A DNA stretch of 63,894 nucleotides, the filler included, from Candidatus Nezhaarchaeota archaeon WYZ-LMO8 (GTDB lineage Archaea > Thermoproteota > Methanomethylicia > Nezhaarchaeales > WYZ-LMO8): assembly GCA_004347965.1 (NCBI GenBank). It is 4 parts of 3 records of this genome, joined end to end, with 100 filler letters (N's around TTAATTAATTAA, not from the genome) between each part and the next. Parts side by side here need not be neighbours in the genome. Positions count along the whole stretch, not along the records: positions 58,140 to 63,894 come from QNVF01000052.1; 3 more parts are not named here. One strand, written 5' to 3'. Positions within the stretch are counted from its first letter, which is position 1. Every line of letters begins with the position of its first letter. Shown one piece after another: positions 59,757-63,894 of this stretch. Under the pieces are notes generated by a model. That model was not told the DNA's origin. It did not search any database and saw nothing but the letters and a program-made list of their open reading frames with translations. The translations under genes were made by a program, and so were the position numbers.

Positions 59757-61337
59757 ATGAGGTTTCGCTTAAAAGGTTACATAGTTTTAAGCAAACAACT
59801 TGATCCCGAGGGAGTCAAGAAGCTTTCGGAGATGATGGGTGAAGCTAATAGAACATTGTTAGTTAAAGGTGCGCCAAGGGGAAAAGAGCAAGAAGCTGCA
59901 CGAGTAGTTTCCTGGGCAATAGATGGTGAAAGAATACATCTTGAGTTAGAGTCAGGAAGGTACGTTAGAGCTCATGATGCATTATTCAGATTGAAGAATT
60001 ATCTGGGTTCAGTGCTCGGAAGAGAGTTCAGGATTGGTGTGAGGGGGCTTGGCGTATTAACTTACGAAATCGAGGTACCCTATTTTAAAGATGATGTAAA
60101 CGAAATTCAGAAGCTTCTAGGAGGCATGGGCGTTATGGAGCATGTAGGTGAGAGACTCGTTGTAAAGTTTGGAGAGCTAAGTGAGGAGGATCTTGAAGCA
60201 AGGCTCGTCGATAGATTGGTCAAGAGAGTCTTAGAAGGTACTGTTGAGACTCCTCCAGAAATGGAAGCAAAGCTAGTTCCTTTCGGCTACGTACTAGAGC
60301 AATCAAAGCCCAAGGACATAAAGGTTAAAGTTGACGTAGCTAGTGAAGCTGAGAGACTAGGATGGATCAAGAGGTTTCCAGGTAGAGGACAATGGATCTT
60401 TACGGCTCCCATGGTCGGTCTTCTAAAGGTCATGCGCGACCTAATAATAGAGCATGTATGCAAAGCTTTAGGCTTTGAGGAGTGGATGTTTCCGAGACTC
60501 ATACCCATGAGCGTACTAGCTAAGCTTTCAAGCTACGTTGAGCACCTTCCAGAAGGTATGTTTTATGTATGCGTACCACCAAGAGATCCATCAGCCTTTG
60601 ACGAGTATAAGAGGGAATACGCTCTTAAACGAGTCTTGCGAAGAGACCTATTAAAAGGGATATTAGGTGAACCAGAATACGTCTTAGATGCTGTTCAATG
60701 CCCACCTTTCTATCAATTCTTCAGTGGAGAGACCGTAAGACTTGAAGACCTACCAATCAAGGTCTACGAGTGCATGGGTGGGTGGACGTGGAGGAATGAG
60801 GCTGGTGGTGTTGAGGGGTTAGCTAGGACTAATGAGTTCTGGCGTATGGAGATGGTTTACTTGGGCTCTCCAGGCGATGTGGTCAAGATAAGAGATGACG
60901 TGGTTTCGAGGGTCGTGGAGCTAATTGATAGAGTCCTAGAACTTGAGTGGAGGATTGTAGTAGGAGCACCATTCTACCTCTCAAGTGAGGAAGCTAGCAA
61001 GAGGAGGATTGACATATCTTCAAGAGAGAAGATTCCCACTATAGACGTAGAATGTTACTTACCATATCGAGGGGAGAGAGAGAAGGCAGAGTGGCTAGAA
61101 GTAACGGCAGCCAGCGTACACTATACTCACTATGTCTCAGCATTCAAGATAAAGGAGGTTAAGAATAGGGAGATATGGACTGGATGTGTTGGTCATGGAT
61201 TAACAAGATGGGCTACAGCCTTCCTAGCTCAACACGGCTTTAATATCGAGGATTGGCCTAGCAAAGTAAGAGAGCTCTATGAGAAACTTGGACCTTACAA
61301 AGTTATCAGAACCTTGGAGTGGCCACCAAATAAGTAA
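59757..61337 (+). CDS. serS: Seryl-tRNA synthetase, methanogen (type 2) form
   Basis: SGRYVRAHDALFRL, GWIKRFPGRGQW, QCPPFY, GWTWRNEAGG, WTGC.G.G..RW. Confidence 0.93.
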   Translation: MRFRLKGYIVLSKQLDPEGVKKLSEMMGEANRTLLVKGAPRGKEQEAARVVSWAIDGERIHLELESGRYVRAHDALFRLKNYLGSVLGREFRIGVRGLGVLTYEIEVPYFKDDVNEIQKLLGGMGVMEHVGERLVVKFGELSEEDLEARLVDRLVKRVLEGTVETPPEMEAKLVPFGYVLEQSKPKDIKVKVDVASEAERLGWIKRFPGRGQWIFTAPMVGLLKVMRDLIIEHVCKALGFEEWMFPRLIPMSVLAKLSSYVEHLPEGMFYVCVPPRDPSAFDEYKREYALKRVLRRDLLKGILGEPEYVLDAVQCPPFYQFFSGETVRLEDLPIKVYECMGGWTWRNEAGGVEGLARTNEFWRMEMVYLGSPGDVVKIRDDVVSRVVELIDRVLELEWRIVVGAPFYLSSEEASKRRIDISSREKIPTIDVECYLPYRGEREKAEWLEVTAASVHYTHYVSAFKIKEVKNREIWTGCVGHGLTRWATAFLAQHGFNIEDWPSKVRELYEKLGPYKVIRTLEWPPNK

Positions 61338-61388
61338 TGAGTATGTGCATTAACACAAGGTTGCTGCATACATGGAAATTACTTTTGA

Positions 61389-61452
61389 GGCGTCAGTCCG
61401 CCCATCACCCATCATTGCTTTAGGCTCTTAGACCGTCATCTCTTCATCCGCC
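61389..61452 (-). ncRNA. Box C/D sRNA, predicted guide for 16S C1402 (E. coli numbering) and a 23S PTC-region site
   Basis: GGCG/CGCC stem; C ATGAAGA, C' ATGATGG, D CTGA; guides GTGATGGGCGG and ATGACGGTCTAA. Confidence 0.85.
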
Positions 61453-61581
61453 GTTAAACTACATTGTTAGGGAGGGTTATATAGAATTTTCTATAAAGTA
61501 GCGTGAGAGAGCTATTGATAACGTTAATTAGCCAACCTCATCGAGAAGAATTGTAGAGATGTCAATTACGGTGTTGAGAGA

Positions 61582-62352
61582 TTGGCTAGCGAAGTTACGA
61601 TAGGAGCAATATCTGATGTGCATTCACCTAAGTATCTTGAAGACTTCAAGAGGGTGCTGAGCAATAGCCCTGATGTGGACTTAATACTTCTTGCTGGAGA
61701 CATGGTATATAAGGGTCAAGTTAGAGAGTACGAGAATGTCTTGAAAATCATTAGGAGCAGGTACGGTAAGTGCGAAGTAGTGGCCTGTTTCGGAAATGAG
61801 GAATACGAGGATAAAGTAGATGATATTATAAGGAACTACAACGAAATTTCGTGGCTCAATGACAGCTACACAACATTAAACATCAAAGAGCTTAAGATAA
61901 GCGTAGTCGGTACTAGGGGGTGTTTGGACAGGCCAACATCATGGCAGAGAAAGAACATTCCTAACATAGCTCGCATATACGAGGAGAGACTTAAGAAGAT
62001 CGATGATATGTTAGCCTCTCCCATAATCAGAGAGAGCGACTTTGTAATTCTACTTTCACATTACTCCACAACCTTTAAGACCCTCACTGGAGAGCCGCAA
62101 TGGGCTTGGCCAGAGTTGGGTTCCAGTAAACTTGAAAAAGTCATCAGAAGGCGTGGACCTCACGTGGTAATTCATGGGCATGCTCATAACAGCAAGGTCT
62201 ATGTAGCTACGATTGAAAAAACTCAAGTGTATAACGTTTCGTTCCCTGCTACAAGGAAGCTGACAATCATCAGAATACAAAAAGCTGGTGAAACAAGTGT
62301 AAGGAGTGGAGGTCAATTGCAATTAACATCATTTATGATTGGTAAGCCTTAA
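61582..62352 (+). CDS. Calcineurin-like metallophosphoesterase
   Basis: SDVH, AGD, FGNEE, SHY, HGHAH. Confidence 0.9.
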   Translation: MASEVTIGAISDVHSPKYLEDFKRVLSNSPDVDLILLAGDMVYKGQVREYENVLKIIRSRYGKCEVVACFGNEEYEDKVDDIIRNYNEISWLNDSYTTLNIKELKISVVGTRGCLDRPTSWQRKNIPNIARIYEERLKKIDDMLASPIIRESDFVILLSHYSTTFKTLTGEPQWAWPELGSSKLEKVIRRRGPHVVIHGHAHNSKVYVATIEKTQVYNVSFPATRKLTIIRIQKAGETSVRSGGQLQLTSFMIGKP

Positions 62353-62382
62353 ATCAACCCTTTGCCTTGCATCAACTGCAAG

Positions 62383-62458
62383 GGGGCCGTAGGCTAGCCT
62401 GGTAGACTACGAGGCTTGGGCCCTCGTGACCCAGGTTCAAATCCTGGCGGCCCCACCA
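62383..62458 (+). tRNA. tRNA-Pro(UGG), intronless, CCA encoded
   Basis: GGGGCCG/CGGCCCC acceptor, CGAGG-CTTGGGC-CCTCG anticodon arm, GGTTCAAATCC, ACCA. Confidence 0.95.
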
Positions 62459-62677
62459 ACTCTCAATACAACCCCTTCAAAGTAAGCCGCTCCTCGTGTA
62501 ATAACATATAGAGATTTAGGCAGTTAAGTGAGAGAACGTAGGTAAGGTAATAATGCCACTGAAGGTTCAAGCATTAATGAAAGTGGGCTGACATGTTTGT
62601 AGTACTAGCTTAAGTAATGACTTGTAAAAGTTAAAAATTAAAAGTTTATTACTGAAACCCTTATTTCTTGAAGAGTT

Positions 62678-63199
62678 ATGGAGACTAAAAGTCACTTGAA
62701 GATATTCCTTCTATGCTCTAGTTTGCTTGAAGAAAGGGTTGCAAGAGCTTATGAGCATGTGGCTCGGCTTATTGATAACGATATCGTTAAGTGTCTTTTC
62801 GAGTTCATCGCGCATGACTCATTTAAACATGCAAGGTGCTTTGAGTTGATGGCTAGAGCCCTCTCCCAGGAGACAAGTGCCTACCCTGAAGATTGCGTGA
62901 AGGTATGGGGCGAGTCGTGGCTAGCTGTCGTCGAAGATGCTGAAAGAATGCTCAAGAAGCATGAAATTAGCTTAGCTGACCTTAGCTCTCTTGTTGACTC
63001 ATTACATGCAATTGAAGGTTTCGTCGCTGAGGAGTATTTGTCGACTTTACATGCTAAGTTGGTCGATGCAATGCTCAGCAAGGGAGGAATGGACGTAGAG
63101 CGTTTTAGAGTTATGCTCAACTGGATCGTTGAGGACGAGGATAGACATAGGAAAGTACTCGAAATGGTTAAGGAGATGCTATCAAAGCTTTCTCGGTAA
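62678..63199 (+). CDS. Ferritin-like / rubrerythrin-domain protein
   Basis: LEE...Y, DSFKH, EG..EEY, DEDRH diiron-type pattern. Confidence 0.75.
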   Translation: METKSHLKIFLLCSSLLEERVARAYEHVARLIDNDIVKCLFEFIAHDSFKHARCFELMARALSQETSAYPEDCVKVWGESWLAVVEDAERMLKKHEISLADLSSLVDSLHAIEGFVAEEYLSTLHAKLVDAMLSKGGMDVERFRVMLNWIVEDEDRHRKVLEMVKEMLSKLSR

Positions 63200-63358
63200 T
63201 GTTTCGCTCTCTTTTTTGTTTTTAGTGAGCATGCATGAGTTGATGAGGTTAATTGCTTGATATTTTCTTGCTATGCTCTAAACTATGTCTCATCACGGTG
63301 GATTTCTCCTTCGAATCAGGCTCCCTCTAACATTTTAATCTCTAGGGTTTCCGAAGAC

Positions 63359-63893
63359 CTATGCTATTCTTACTAGTCTCCTCAAATCTAGACTACGTGG
63401 ATTATCAGATTCGTGGAAGAAGATGGCTAAAAGGTAGAAGAAGATGAACCAGCTGATGAATAGGCTGATATTCAGGATCAATTCGCTTGTATAAATGGAT
63501 AGAAACGTGTAGGAGGTCATTATGTCTCCGTGCAGTGAGACTGGGACATAAATATCTGATGTCTCCCTTAGAGCCCCGACCAGGCATCCAAAGGCGAAGC
63601 ACCCTAGGATGTGTAGGGGCATCCACCAAGCTGGCTCCCACCTTGATGTAATCGGGTTCCAGTAATTGACTATGTGCATCAGAGCGAAGATTATGGAGGT
63701 TAGAAGTAGACCTACTCCATAATTGACTTTCCAAGCCTTAAAGACGAGCCTCCGCCAACGCCCCAAAGGCCTCATTAAGCCTAGACTGCACATAACCCCT
63801 AAAATAAGCCTCCTCAACAAGACCAACGAAGACCATGTATAAGATCACGTTTAGAATTATGCTGAGTGGCGACAGCCTAGCAGGCTTAGCCAC
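63359..63893 (-). pseudogene. CPBP (CAAX/Abi) intramembrane protease, 3' part, with apparent frameshift at 63761-63764
   Basis: EEAYFRG in one frame, FALMH and the C-terminal His motif in another. Confidence 0.7.
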
Positions 63894-63894
63894 G

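Noticed and set aside
57869..61337. tRNA-Ser near serS
   Set aside because: Separated by a contig linker, so the adjacency is artificial
62530..62595. Two CTGA words after tRNA-Pro
   Set aside because: No convincing C box, spacing or stem
151..63734. Many antisense or overlapping short ORFs in the track (e.g. 2372..2674, 9123..9542, 47562..48035, 54570..55007)
   Set aside because: Shadow frames of well-supported genes
1..63894. CRISPR arrays, transposases, integrases, rRNA, Sec/Pyl read-through
   Set aside because: None seen; the TAG stops in mtr genes fall at expected protein ends

Overview
Archaeal DNA, almost certainly from a metagenome-assembled genome. Four contig pieces are joined by three artificial 100-bp linkers (N44-TTAATTAATTAA-N44 at 18895, 31257 and 58040), so adjacency across those points means nothing. 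Gene content (RpoG, S25e, SmAP3, histone, FBP aldolase/phosphatase) points to a TACK/Thermoproteota archaeon. It also carries a full set of methyl-H4MPT:CoM methyltransferase (Mtr) genes, methanogenesis marker 14, Fae and a methanogen-type SerRS. This fits a Nezhaarchaeota-like methanogen, but that is inference and mcr is not in the window. Most interesting: (1) a rewired Mtr complex, with the MtrA cobamide domain fused to an MtrF-type stalk/TM helix and the MtrA-type stalk/TM helix encoded as a separate 68-aa gene; (2) mtrH plus marker 14 in a separate convergent unit whose promoter shares a 21-nt motif with the mtrE promoter; (3) an unannotated 23-aa Glu/Trp-only microprotein upstream of ABCE1; (4) three box C/D guide RNAs with recognisable rRNA targets, one matching 16S C1402; (5) rps19 inverted inside the S10-type cluster; (6) a divergent type IV pilus locus and a divergent TFB paralog. 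All protein and rRNA matches are from recalled motifs, not from database searches.
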